Source of the DNA: Dipteris shenzhenensis
Taxonomy: Eukaryota
NCBI GenBank assembly: GCA_047967505.1
Contig: CM106538.1
Length of the DNA stretch: 64,000 nucleotides
Strand: one strand, 5' to 3'
Under the pieces are notes generated by a model. That model worked only from the letters and a program-made list of their open reading frames with translations, did no database searches and was not told the DNA's origin. A program made the translations under genes and the position numbers. Positions 35,178-49,520 of this stretch are shown here, one piece after another; positions within the stretch are counted from its first letter, which is position 1; each line of letters begins with the position of its first letter.

Positions 35178-37088
35178 ACTTCCTAATGACCCTCAAGTAG
35201 AGTAAGTGTCATGAGGTGTAAGATGTTAAAAGAAGAAAAGTCATAATGGCATACTAGCAGGTTTGCTGTTGTGGATTATGAAATGCTGACATCTTTGAGA
35301 TGTTCTAAGAACCCCATTGCAAGGAAGTGCATGAAAAAGGAAGCAATGTAAAATAACAAATAATATTGGGATTATTCAAAGAGCATTACACATATATTCA
35401 TTTAATATTTCCTATTAAATCCATTCTAGGGTGAATCAAGATTCACCAAAAATAAATATTTAAAGACCACCATCATGTAGTACTTCCATAAATGTGGAGC
35501 CAATTTCGTGTAATGTTTCTAGTTGCCCACAAAATTTAAAAACTTATGGAGCATGCCGTTGAATGTGAACGTGTAATTCTAATGCAACATTGCACACTTT
35601 GTAAACCATATCAAACATGTTGTCAATTGAATATCTCCTATAGTTTTGAGAAGTCTCAAATAATGCACCACCTCCTGATGCATTGTAGCCTCTTCAAACC
35701 AGCACATAAAAAGCACAAAGATAAAATCTTTTTCTACATTTTTGGTAGTGATGTGTAATATAGTTATAGACTAGCACAACCTTAGAGGAGATCCAACTCC
35801 ACAAATGCAAGTGAACCATTACATGAAACACTTGATTAGTTCCTAGCAAAATCATTCCCCTTAGATCTATCATCAGTGTTCACATTCATACGTTTGGCAT
35901 ACCATCTCCATACTTTGGTACTAGGTGGTTGATCACATTATTGATACACTTGATAAAGTGATCTCTCTTTTGGATTCATGATAGTTGGACACTTATTTTG
36001 CACTCCACATTCCATCCTCTTAAATTCAAATTGTTGCCAATTTTTCGGCATTGATTTGTGCACACAAACATCAGCCTTGTAAACCCTTTTGGCTATTCCT
36101 AATATGTTATTATCATCACCTTTTTATAGGCTTAATCTTTGACATCTTTGGCACATTGCTTCATCATGGCTCAGACCACACATTTTATTAGGGGAGATTT
36201 GAAGTCTCAAAAATGCCAAAAATTAGTGTTTACTAGTCTTGAGGTATTAAAGAGTGATTTGAAGTGGACCAATGGGAGAACTTCTTTCTAAGGGCTAATG
36301 CCATGTTGAGGTGGCACATAGGAATTCATGAAGAGAGTTCCCATTTGTTTCTCCTCTTACATAAGGGAATGCCCAACCCATCTCCTTTCCCCCTTAACCC
36401 ATGCTTGACCCTCCCCAAGACCCCTCCCACTTGCAACTATCTCCTCTCCTCAATACCATATGGACCTCTTTGGATGAGATACTCTCTAGAATACTCTTGC
36501 TATGACCTCAATCATATCCCCCTCATTTCTCTTCCTTTTCTTTGGTCTAAAATTTCCCCCCTCCATTTTTGTATTTGAGCTTGTGGTACCCCACAAAATC
36601 TCCTTCATGTGCTCTTCTACCTCCTGCATATTCTCTACTATAAGTTGTCGCATCTTCTAAATTGTACCTATGCTATTTGCAAGTGTAGCACTCTCAATTT
36701 AAAGATTGCATTGAAAATTTTCCAAATGATGCGGTGGTTTCACTTATTGACTTCACAAATGCATTCAAAGTGTAGAATGAAGTCCAATGGATGCATTTAT
36801 GAATGTACCATCACGATTCATTTTTTCTATTGTTGGGAGATGGGAGGCACAAAAAAGCAATCCATCTTTTGTATTTTGAATGACAAACAACGTGAAACAC
36901 TATTCATGTAGCATTGCTTTAAGCTTCACTACCAATGGCTAGTGTCTAAAAGCCTAAATCGTCAAAGATGTTGCTTTTGGTCAAATGGGGAGGCATCTCA
37001 GCTCAAGGCAACACACCCATTTTACTTCATTGCAAAGTAAGGCATGTGTTGCTCCCTTATTATTTATATACCATTGTGAAGATGTTGT

Positions 37089-40000
37089 TGAGAGTGCTCT
37101 CAACGGAAGCAAGAACGGAAGAGGGAGAGAGAGAAATAGAGAGCCACACAAGTTTTGGTGGGTGCAGAACCACCCTAATCTTCTTTTTCATTCATTTATA
37201 TATGTGTTTGAGTATTGTACATAACCGCGGTAAAGGCACAGTGACCTTTAACCCCCACAACCTCCCACATAAAGGACAATGTGCCTTTAAGGGAGAACAA
37301 CCAGTGAGCATACTATCCAATGCCCATCAATACACGATAATACTCAAACTGCTGACTAGGTAGACTCTTCGTCAGCATATCTGCAGGGTTATCATCTGTA
37401 TGAACCTTGACAAGCTCTATGCGCTTGTCCTCAAGTACCTCCCTGATGAAATGGTACCTGACCTCAATGTGTTTGGTCTTTGCATGAAAGACCGGATTCC
37501 GTGCGTGCTAGCTGAATAGCACTCATGGAATCACTATGCAATGTCGGTACACTTGTATGAATCCCCAAATCTCCCACTAGCTGATCAAGCCATATAGCCT
37601 CCTCGCAACCCTATGTGGCTGCAACATACTCAACCTCTGTGGTAGACAAAGCAACACACTTCTGTGCGCGAGACATCCACAACACTGCACCACCTGCAAA
37701 GGTGAACACATAACCAGAAGTGGATCTCCTACTATCCACATGCCCTGCATAGTCTGAATCTGTGTACCCAAGTACACGCATGTCTCCTCTACCAAAGCAG
37801 ATGCACATCTCTTTGGTACCCTTCATGTACCTCATGATGCACTTAACTGCCTCCCAATGCCTCTTTCCTGGATTAGCCATATACCGGCTAACAACTCCCA
37901 TTGCAAATGCAATGTCTGGTCTAGTAGCTATCATAGCATACATAAGACTCCCAACCGCTGATGCATAAGGAACCTTGGCCATCATGGCCCTCTCCTCATC
38001 TGATTTGGGACTATCTGTATGACTCATTTTCACATATGGAGGCAATGGAGTACTCACTGCCTTCCCCCCCTCCATATTGAAATGCTGCAATACTTTTGTA
38101 ACATACTCCTTCTGTGAAAGCCAAAGGAGTTTCCTACTCCGATCATGCGTGATGCGCATACCAAGAATATGACCTGCAAGTCCCAAATCCTTCATATCAA
38201 GGGGCTCATGCAACTTGGCCTTTAATGCATCTAGCTCATAAGTATTTTTGCTAGCCAATAGCATATCATCCACATATAGTGCCAGGATTATCAGGCTATT
38301 ATCCTTAGCCCTTTTAGTGTAGAGGCAGTGATCAATTTCACTCCTTCTAAGACCTTGGGACTGAATGAAAGCATCAAACTTCTGATACCATTCTCTAGGC
38401 GCTTGCATAAGACCATAGAGACTCTTCTTCAAATTGCAAACTAAATGCTCTTTTCCCTTTTCTTCAAAGCCTTCCGACTGCACCATGTAAATTTCCTCAT
38501 GCAAATCCCCATGCAAGAGAGCTGTCTTGACATCCATCTGCATAAGCTCCATATCTTCTGCTGCCACTAGTCTAAGCATGCATCTAAGTGTGGTCATCTT
38601 CACAACTGGAGAGAATATCTCATCAAAGTCCACACCCTTCTCTTGCTTGAACCCTTTAGCGACCAAACGGGCCTTGTACCTAGGCACATCATCACCTGTG
38701 ACCTTCATCTTGTAGACCCATTTACATGCCAATGCTTTCTTTCCATGTGGCAAAGAAACCAAGTACCAAGTCTTATTCTTCATAAGTGAACTCATCTCTG
38801 ATTGCATAGCATACTCCCACTTGCGTTGATCCTCGCGCATCATAGCCTCTTTGTAGCAAGAAGGCTCCCCGCAATCAGTAAGCATCACATAGTCTACCCC
38901 TGGAACAAACCTATCAGGCAGTCTAGACACTCTAGATGATCTTCTCAAGGGCATTTAAGCTTGCTGTCCCACCTGCATATCAGCCACATTTGGCTCATCA
39001 TTTCCACCAATAGATGATCCATCATCTACCCTTGATTGTATACCTGTGGGAGTACTTGGTGGTACCATTTCTTGCACATTTGGTGCATGGACAGCTTGCT
39101 GTCTATCAACATATGCAGGTGGATTCACATCTTGGAAAGTGATTCTCCTCATTTCCACATCCCTCATGGGTGTCTTATGCATCTTCTTCTCATTGAAGAC
39201 TACATCATGGCTGTGTATGATCTTCTTTACTTCTGGATCCCAGAGACGATAGCCCATCTCTCCACTTTCACCATAACCCAGAAAGATGCATTTCCTAGAC
39301 TTAGGATCTAGCTTCTTTCGAAGCTCTTTTGGCACATGTGCATATGCCTCACACCCAAATATATGCAAATGAGAGTAAGAGGGCTTCTTGCCACTCCATG
39401 CCTCTTCAAGAATACCACCATCCAAACTCTTACTAGGTGATCTATTGATCACATGCACTGCAGTCTTCATTGCCTCAGCCCAAAAAACACCAGAAAGACT
39501 TGCATTGGAAAGCATGCATTGCAACCTTTCTTGAATGATATGATTCATCTTTTCTACAACTGGATTTTGCTCTGGAGTACGAGGGGATGTGAGCTCCCTC
39601 TTAATCCCACGTGTATCACAGAAATGCTGAAAGTCATGAGAGAGATACTCTCCACCATTGTCAGTCCGTAGGCATTTAAGCATTCTACCTGACTGATTCT
39701 CAACCAAGGCCAGCCATTTCTGAAATACCTGGAACACATCACTCTTCCGAGCTATAGCATAAGCCCACACTTTCCTAGTTGCATCATCAATGAATGTCAC
39801 ATAGTATTCAACCGCGCCTAATGACCGTGTAGGCATGGGACCACATACGTCTGAATGCACCAAATCAAGCTTTTCAAACTCTTTCTTTCCCCTTCTTTTA
39901 TGGGCTGATTTAGTCTGCTTCCCATAGAGACAGTGCTCACAAAATTCAAAATCAGAGAAACTCAAATGCAGTACATAACCCAAACGGCATAAGAGTTTCA

Positions 40001-43000
40001 TTCCATTCTGGCTCATGTGCCCCAACCTGCAATGCCACAAAGAAGTGCTTGGCTGCTCGGTTATTGCAACAACATGATCAAATACCCCTGATACATGTAA
40101 GGGATAAAAAGTCCCACACTTGTCACCCCTGGCCAAAAGCATAGAGCCCTTCTGAAATTTCCAACTCTGAAAGCCAAAAGTGGTGTGAAAACCAGCATCA
40201 TCTAGCTGACCCACTAAAATAAGACTCTTGGTCAACTTAGGCACATGTCTCACATGTTTCAAGATAAATGCAGACCCATTTGCAAAAGAAAACTTTATGT
40301 CACACCTGCTCCGACTATGTCACATGCATAGTCATTTCCAAGATGCACACAACCTGTCTTTCCACTGTCATAAGTGGAGAACCATTCCCTATGGGGAGTA
40401 ACATGGAATGAAGCACCAGAATCCAAAATCCAATCTTGGGAACATGCATCATCTGAAGTGGTAAGCAACTCTGCAGATAAACTAGACATGAAGAGAACGT
40501 CATTGTCACTATCATGTGTGACTGCATTGATCTCCTCGATCTTCACTTTTCCTTTGTTCTCCCTTGGACTCTCTTCCTTTTGATTTGCACCCCAATTTGC
40601 ATTCTTTTTCTTATCCTTTTTCTCTCTTTTCAGCTTGTAGCAATCCTTTTGCATATGGCCCTTCTTGCCACAGTGGTAACACTCAATGTTCCATGCCCTA
40701 GATTTACTACAAGACTTCCCTCTTTCTTGGGACTTCCCCCTGAACTGTGATCTGCCCCTTTGCACATTTAAGGCTACATCTTGCTTGTTGCCGTCCATAG
40801 ACTTGCATCTAATCTCCTCGGCCAACAAGCTACCCACAACATCATCAAATTTCAGTACTCCACCAGGTGCAGAGTTATTGATAGCTGTACGGAAGGTATC
40901 CCATGAGGATGGCAATGAACATAAGAGAAATATTGCCTTATTCTCTGCATTAAAATTCATCTTCTGAGCCTGAATTTGGCTGAAAATAATATTGAATTCA
41001 TTCAAGTGAGAAGCAATGGAGACCCCTTCCTTCATCTGTAGCTCAAACAAACTCTTCATGAGGTAAACTTTATTAGAGGCAGTTTCCTTTTCATAAGTGG
41101 CACACAGTTTCTTCCACAGTCTGCTCATTTACTACTGTGAAATAAACTGACTCTGCAAGATGAAGTCTAATAGTAGATTTTGCTAATGCATCCAACTCAT
41201 TCCAATCATCCTTAGACATATTTGCAGGCTTAGCTTCGATCCCTGCCAAGGGTTTAATCTGCTTCTTTTGAATAAGCACATCCCTTATTTGTTCTTTCCA
41301 CAAAGAAAAGTTTGTCCCATCAAACTATTTAATGCTGAAAAACTCCCTTGTAGACATGGAAGAGGATGCCATAATGCAAATAAAGCAAAATCCCAAATGC
41401 TAGTGCCTATAAGAGAGAATCACACCAAATACCAGGTGCACCCAAATGTATATGCCACAATAGAGTGAAATATCACCAAAGCTCAAAGCTCAAAGCATCA
41501 AAAGATGCAGCTGACTCATGTGCATGTACTATGCATCCATATGAGCAAATCTGGCCCAAAAGAAAATGCCAACTGCAATGGTAATCCAAAATGCCAATAA
41601 GTGCCAAATGACTCAAGCATAAACACCGTCCACTGGCATATGCATCAATAATATCTCATCCAAGAGAGCATAGCACTATCAGTGCATCACCTGCAATGTG
41701 TCAAAGTTGTCCCTCAGCATAAAATAGCATCCATGTGCAAAGCGTCCATAAAAATAGCATCCCACAAGGCAATTTGGGCCTATCAGCGCATCCAATAAGG
41801 ACCGCAATGCATCCAGATGGCCTATAAATCATCCACTGTAACCCAATGCACACCACGAATGAGCGCACACTGCTCAAACTGCAACTAGAGTGATCTGCAT
41901 AAGGTATGCTCAACAAATCATGGTCTCACGGTAATGACCGCTACTAAAAATAGGACCTAAGATGCCTCAAAACATGGGCACCATTGATAATCGGACTCAG
42001 CAAGAAAATTTGCAAATATCTCTCTTCTGCCGGAACTCCAAAATCCCTACCGATGAGTGAGAAATGGGAGTCAATACTTATCCACTGCCATGTGGCATAA
42101 ATCTAAGGTTTCAAAACCTTAGAATGAAAAATGCATAACAGAGAGACGAAATCGAATACACAGAGATCTATAACTCTAAAAATACTCCACCGAATCGTGC
42201 AAGAACTGATAGGTAGGGGTTTTCGAGCGTCTCGAACGCAATGGGACAGACGGTTTTGGAAACCATGGTCTCAATCACTGGGTCCAACACACGGGCTGAA
42301 AAATGTTTTTGGAAACAGAGCTGTTTGTAAACTCCATCGGAGTGCGAATGATGAGCAACATAGAAGTTTTAGGACCTCTTGAGTCCACCGGAACTGACAG
42401 ATCTGCAAATGGTTGTTGCAAACTTGAGTTCCAACACCTGGGCAGAAAAACGCAAAAACTGACACAGTGAGTCAGAAATCCAATGAAATGATCCCAGATT
42501 CAAGGATGAAGGTGTTTCCAAGATTCTGAAGTGAAGTGGACACCAAAAGCAAGCAATAGTTGCCTCTACAAGTCAATACGGAGTCTCTGTCATCGAACAG
42601 AATAGGGAAAAGATCAAAACACGACTTTTTCTTTGAAAACACTTAGCAGGCTCTCAAAACCACTTTGCAATACCAAAGTGACTTTTCCAAAGGTTCCTCC
42701 AAGGTCTCTATACACTCGGATGCAAGTAAAGTCACCCACAAAGCTTCCCATAGAGCTTCTCCTTCCTCCCACAGAGCTACTGAGCTCAAGCATTCACGCA
42801 TGCTCAGCTAGATCACACGGGCTCTGATACCAGTTGAGAGTGCTCTCAACGGAAGCAAGAATGAAAGAGGGAGAGAGAGAAATAGAGAGCCACACAAGTT
42901 TTGGTGGGTACAGAACCACCCTAATCTTCTTTTTCATTCATTTATATATGTGTTTGAGTATTGTACATAACCGAGGTAAAGGCACAGTGACCTTTAACCC

Positions 43001-43005
43001 CCACA
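37089..43005 (-). mobile_element. Structurally complete Copia E (Tnt1/Tork-like)
   Basis: 171-bp LTRs 37089-37259 and 42835-43005 with 4 mismatches; TSD GTTGT/GTTGC; PBS 42821-42832; PPT cctccc 37261; gag-PR (WILDSGASFH)-INT-RT (LYVDDML)-RH. Confidence 0.97.
37355..41375 (-). pseudogene. Copia E gag-pol
   Basis: ORFs 41091-41303, 40295-41128, 38955-40262 and 37611-38954; in-frame TAA at 38955-38957; frameshifts near 41120, 40290 and 37610. Confidence 0.92.
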
Positions 43006-43486
43006 GTTGCATGTTTAAAGTGTTGTATAATATACTTTTTATCTTGTGGTTGTGCTATGTATTGCTCTTTGATTGGCTCTTTGATTGGCATTGGAACAAT
43101 GTGGAACTTTTTTGGTAATAGTCATGGCAAGGGAGAACATGACAATGCCAGTGCAGTGATAAAGCATGCATCAACCATCGAGCAAATGGATGCAAATGGT
43201 GGAAAGCTTTAGACTGCATACGAGGTTATGGAATTGTTGACTTGAAAGATATGAGATGATGTGAAGCAAAGGATCTTCATGGAAGTAAAAGCAGGCAATG
43301 TTGATAGGTTTGATGCACAGAGTTGCTAGACCATCAAAGGAACTCACTCAACACATTGCTTCTTGGGTTTCAATCCAAAAGACCTTACACAAACCCTATC
43401 TAGAGGTTTATCTTGATTTTTCTCATTTTGCATGCATGAAACATAGGATAAGTACACTAATTTATCTGGTGTAGGTGTGTGGACCT

Positions 43487-44129
43487 TGTCAAATCGGGGG
43501 ATCAAGCTCTCCTAGTCACTAAGAAAACATCCTAATACAACACTAATCTAAGGAGGATGCAACCTAAGTGCAAAAATGATGAAGAGAGTGCTCATGACAT
43601 GTACCTCAAGTCAATTAGGTTCCAAGATAGATTAGCTTGGACTCATAAAGAGAATCTTGAGATAGTGCAAATGGAAAAGAGCGGAAATCTTTCAACGGGA
43701 GAATGAAAGAATGAACACTAAAAGAGAACACTCAACCTCAATCTAAAACTAACCTAGGAGAACTAGACCTAAGCTTTGATACCATGTCAAATCGGGGGAT
43801 CAAGCTCTCCTAGTCACTAAGAAAACATCCTAATACAACACTAATCTAAGGAGGATGCAACCTAAGTGCAAACATGATGAAGAGAGTGCTCATGACATGT
43901 ACCTCAAGTCAATTAGGTTCCAAGATAGATTAGCTTGGACTCATAAAGAGAATCTTGAGATAGTGCAAAGTGCTTGATTGATATAAAAATGAACCTCCCT
44001 TTTATAGGTGAGGGTATTCACATCCATATGCTTGCTCACATGTGGGATATCTCCTCCATGCCATGTGGTAGCTTGCCCTTTACTCATACCTTTGCTCTAC
44101 ATGTGCTCATGGCACCACAACTCTCAACA
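43487..44129 (-). mobile_element. 643-bp internally deleted LTR element H
   Basis: Full 5' LTR 43785-44129; partial 3' LTR 43487-43671 (1 mismatch in 185 bp); PBS gctttgatacca 43773-43784; flanking GACCT repeat (43482-43486, 44131-44135). Confidence 0.9.
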
Positions 44130-47100
44130 AGACCTTGCACAAGCTAGAGCCCATCAATGGAAAAACTACAATAGACCTAGACTAGGATAATATATTTAAT
44201 GGGACAAAATGCAACAGACCTAGATTAGGATAATAATATAATCCTAGATTAGGATAAAGGTCTAGCTAGATAACATGTGTGAGATGGGTGACCATTTTGC
44301 AAGTACTCTTAGAGCAAAGTGAAGGATCAATGGGGGAAATCTGTTTAACATCAGAGATGAAATGGTGTTTGGAATATATTATAAAAAGTCCCTTTGTGAA
44401 AAAGCAATTATTATGATGCACTACCTATTGTAGTGCATGCGGATGCAGTGTTGGCAATAAAGTTCAGATGTTACAAGTAGAGCACAAGGTTAAAGGCCAC
44501 AAAAATGTATCGTGTCACCATGAAGGTGCACAAACAAAGTGTCATTGGAAGGTCTACATAAAATTTAGGAGAACTAGATGCAGCTCCAACTTGGAGATCG
44601 TACTTGCAATTTTTGCCATCTTTTAAATTGTTTACATTTCCAAAACATATTTTCTACTATTTTCTAACTAGTTTGGTGGTGTAGCTGATCACAAAAGTGA
44701 CCATTTGATGATAGTTTTTTAAAAAACCACACCTTCCTTGAGAATGCATAATTTTTATTTTCCTTTTGTATGCTAATAGTACAATGCTCAAGCCTTGTGG
44801 GGAAACATATACATTTTAGAAACTCCAAAGTTACCACACAAGCATATAGAAGCATGCGGGTTACAAGTCACACAAACAAAAAAATGGAAGAAATTTGTTG
44901 AATCAAGATAATTAATCATTTACTAAAGATAGTTGATATAAGGGCTCAAGTTATTCCTCACATTTGTTTTGGCCCATGGAGGCTAATTGAGTTTGTTTAT
45001 ACATAGGTTAATTTATTTTGAGCATAGGTTAATCTTTTAAGCCTATGTCTAAAAGGCTTGTATTTTTTGTTTTGAATTTCAGATATTTCGAGGGTGATGA
45101 CATGAATGCCACTATCCCCATAATCTATCAGTACCAAAAGGTTGATGCCATCCTAGATGGGGAGTGTCTGTACCAAGGAATGCTGGGTAAAGTGAGGAAA
45201 ACCTACACTCGAGCAAACCCATCTGGTAGTGAAGTTGGCCGATGGTGGAACTACAGAACCCTTGGGAGTCCTTACCGGAATTAACATTAAAGTATTCAGA
45301 TTCTTGTGCCCTGTTAGGTTTGTAGTCATGGACTTCACCCATTAGTTGGGATATGAGGCTATCCTAGGCAGACCCTTCTTATGAATGTCCAAGGCTCATA
45401 CATGACTAGTGTACTGATAACATCTATTTGTAGAATGAGGAACAAATCATGCGAGTGGACTTGCACACCTACAAGGCCCACCCATTGTTAGGACACCTTT
45501 TTGCTGTTGCGAAATTCGACACAACCGCCCGGACCACATCCTTGAAGCTATTCCAACCCTATGAAAAGGAAGAGGATGAAAAGGAGTCTGATGAATTCTG
45601 GTATGCATTTCTTCCCGAGCTGAAATTCTCTCAGAATTGGATGCACATCTTAGCCAACATTGATGTCCTAAAGAGAATAGGGTTCCGGATCACTACCCCT
45701 GAGATCGAGGGTCTGACCCCGATGGTCTCCCCCTTAGAATGTTTAACATGCTCAAACCCCAAGATGTGAATAAAGGAACAATACGGGTCAAATCAGATCT
45801 CCACTGGCTATCATACGTAGGTGCTACGATTGCTCACCATGAGTTCTCTTCCAATTAGGGAGCCAGGGTTATCTTAATAACCTCCCCCATTGGCTCTATA
45901 AGTGCAATGAAAGAGCCCCCTTCATGTTCTAAACTCCCTTTATCCAAAAGCTCAGCTAAGGCCAAAAGGGCCACTTCTCTTGTAGAAATAGATGAGGAGG
46001 TTGAAGAAAAGGAAGATCTATGATAGGTACTAGCCCACTACAAGCCCCACACGATTGAGGATCGCAAGATCTTATACCAATGGGCCAAGAGACCTCGAGA
46101 AGATGGGTGCTCCCAAGGATATGATGAGCCAGCCCCGATCAAGGACGTAAACCTAGCTTCGGAAGGGGAGGACCCCCAACCTATATTCATTTTGCTGACA
46201 ATCTCACCCCCAATGAGGAGAGTGCTTTGATAGCTCTCCTATGATAATACAAGGATTACATGGCCTAGAGATACACCGATATGAAAGGTGTTTGCTGACG
46301 TAGTGCAGCACATGATCCCCATGCTAGACAAAAGCTGGTATGCCAACATTCCTACCCTACGAATCCCAAGTATGCACTCATAGTGAGGGAGGAAATCTAG
46401 AAACTCATAGATGCCAGATTCATCTATGAGATTGAGCATATGGACTGGGTGTCACCCATCATGATAGTCCTGAAGAAAAATGGAAAAATTAGAGTATGCG
46501 TGGATTTGAAAAAAGTAACACTACCACTAGAAGTGACCACTACCCCTTGCCATTCACAGAACATGTCTTAGAAAGGGTAGCGAGAAAGGAAGCCTATAGC
46601 TTCCTAGATGGAATTTCCCCAGGATCAACATAAAACAGCCTTTGCAATCGGTGGTGTGTATGCAGCTAGAGTAATGATATTCAGGTTGACCAATGCACCT
46701 GCCACCTTCCAACAGATGGTGATCACGGTATTCAAGGAGTACCTAAGAGATTTTGTGGAAGTCTTCTTGGATGACATATGCATGAACTCAACGTGGGATG
46801 ATCACTTGAAATACCTTAGACTTGAAGTGCCACCTATACCACATATCCTGAACCCTCTTAAGTGCCAATTTTGGGTCAAACATGGTGTAACTCTTGGCCA
46901 CATAGTGTCCTAGAATGGAATCTCAATGGACCACAACAAATCAAACTCATCTTGGAACTACCACCCCCCACTAATGCCAAGGGAGTCCAATGATTTACTA
47001 GTCACATGGGCTACTATAGAGGGTTCATCTTGTTCTATGCCAACATAGCCCGCCCATTATACAAACTACTAGTATCCTTTGAGTGGATTGAGGAATGCCA

Positions 47101-49094
47101 AAAATACTTCAAAACCCTCAAACTAGCCCTAGCCACCGCACCAGTGTTGAGAGTACCTGACTCGAATCTAATATTCTATGTCCATATCGATGCTTCTAAC
47201 TTTGCTATCGAGTATGTGTGCTAGCTAAACCAGGGGAGCATAACTTGGACTACCTGGTGTACTTTGTGAGCCCCCAACTAAATGAGGCCGAGGCTAACTA
47301 CATAACAATTGAGAGGGAAGGTCTGGCCATGGTCTATGCACTCAAGAAGTTCAGGCACTACTTGTTAGCTAACAAGTTTGTCTTCTTTGTGGACCACCAA
47401 GCATTGTTATACTTGGTCAACAAGCCATGCATGATAGGACGCATCACCAGGTGGATGCTAATCCTCTTGGAATTCAACTTCACAGTTGCTGTGCATAAGG
47501 GAAAAACCCATGTCCTAGCTGACCACTTGTCGAGAATCCCAAAGTGCAAAGCCCCATTAGGAGTTAAAGATGACCTCCCTGATGCTCCCCTCTTCTTCAT
47601 CGACATCATACCTGAATGGGCCGCTGAGATTGGTCACTACCTGGCCAATGGCCTACCCCTTGGCCAAGCTCTCAAGAAAGATAGAGCCCGCAAACTCATT
47701 AAGGAGACATCACTGTATCAGCTAATTGCAGGCTAACTATACCGCATGGGCAAGGATGGCATCTCATGAAGATGTGTGTGTGAGCATGAATACATGGATG
47801 TGCTCGAGGAAGCCCACTCAAGAATTGCAGGAGGTTACTTTTTCACTGAGGTTACAACACATAAGGTGCTCCAAGCTGGCCTTTGGTGGCCGACTCTCTT
47901 CTGAGATGTAGTCAAATTCATAAAGCGGTGCGACCCTTGCGAGCATGTCCAAATCCCACACAAGGTGGAGATGATGCCCTTAATTGAAATCTTAACCGAT
48001 CAACCTTTCAAGAAATGGGGCATCGATTTTATTGGACCCATAAGTCTAGGAGCTAAAGGTACCGGGGCCAGATACATCATCTTGGCCCACAGATTACTTC
48101 ACCAAGTGGGTAGAAGGGAGAGCCACTGTGAAGGCAGATGCGAGATCCACCACCAAATTGTTATATGAACAAATTATCACCGGGTTCAGATGTCTTAGAC
48201 TAAGTCAGTAGCAACGATCGAGGAACTCATTTCCTCAATGAAACAATAGCAATCCTAACTAGTGAATTCATGATCATACATAGGAAGTCAATGCCATACT
48301 AACCTACCGACGAACCGACCGCAACATTCCAACCCCAGAATCTTGAACGTGCTCTATTGCCACGAATCGTCCAACTCAACATGAAAATCGCCCAAGGCAG
48401 CAAAGGAGCAACACAAGAACCGACCCCTACAATGCAGGATGTTACACAAGAGCCTCCCTCCAAATCCAAAGGTGAACCCTCAAGGGTAGTTGCGATCATT
48501 CAATCTCCAACGGTGCCTTTCGACTCACGAGAGCAAATGTCTATGCTGAAGGTGGTCACACAAGAACCCACTTCTCTTGTGACAAAGGACCATTCTATGA
48601 GACAACTAATCATAATGCCAATGTACCTTTGGCATACGAGGTAAGACACAAGTTGGACATTTTTGCAAGCACCTTTTCAATGCTTAATGTTTACAATTAC
48701 GACACACGGCATTATTTTTAAAATACATTATGTATTAGAATGTGCTCTACATGGCCTTTAACACGCTATGCGGCGGTAGCATGGCATCCATCTAACCGCA
48801 TTCCTCATGATTGTCAAGTCCAAGTCTAGGTGAGTCACTACAGTAAGCATGTCACCAAATGCACCCTCAGCCCACAAGTCACTGCTGTACACATACATGC
48901 ACACATCCACGATCAACACTAGGTGATTAGGGTCAGTATGTCCCTTTTGCATTTTTTTGCAATCTTGCACGCTGACCTCACAATTAATCCCACTGCTCAT
49001 CGGTACACCCCACCCATTCCCTTCTCTCTCCCACCTTCCCACTCCTTCCCACTTTTCCCCCTCTTTCCCTCTCCGTTCTTAGATAGTATCTCAC

Positions 49095-49520
49095 TGACCG
49101 TTGCATCCAGAGATCCTACGCACCATCACCGTCCATGTATCTTACTGACCGTTGCCATCCAGAGATCTCGCCGACCATCACTATCCATGTATCCTACCAA
49201 TCATCGCTATTCAGAGATTCTGGCGATCATCGCTCGTCAATGTATCCTGCCGACCATTGCCATCCACATATCAAGCCGATCGTGGCCATCACTGTATTCC
49301 ATTGACTGTTGCCATCCAAAGATTTTGATGATCGTCACCATCCACATATCACACCGATTAGGGCTATCACCATATTCCATTGACCATCGCCATCTAGAGA
49401 TTCTATCGACCGATGCCATCCACATATCACATCGATCACGGCCATCAGCGTATTCCGTCGACCGTCGCCATCCACGTAATCTGCTGCTGACCATTGCCAT
49501 TTGAAGATCCCATCGACCGT
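49095..49520. repeat. ~26-bp minisatellite (~16 units) with 52/78-bp higher-order pattern inside Gypsy F
   Basis: gaccRtYgccatcc... units. Confidence 0.85.

Larger units (their letters stand above)
36630..44560 (+). pseudogene. Sola2-like DD(D/E) DNA transposase pseudogene with a probable intron, split by Copia E and element H
   Basis: Manual translation: QFKDCIENFPNDAVVSLIDF...NEVQWMH (~36696-36800); FWSNGEASQLKATHPFYFIA|gtaagg (donor 37037); MWNFFGNSHGKGEHDNASAVIK (~43100-43165); further remnants to ~44560; many stops. Confidence 0.7.

Noticed and set aside
32950-36200. Very degenerate transposase-like traces (e.g. YDVKS ~33370 on +, PKYGDGMPN ~35900 on -)
   Set aside because: Too short and decayed to support by eye; needs TBLASTX or HMM confirmation.
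49095-49520. CRISPR-like array
   Set aside because: The units are contiguous diverged repeats without unique spacers, in a eukaryotic retrotransposon with no cas genes.
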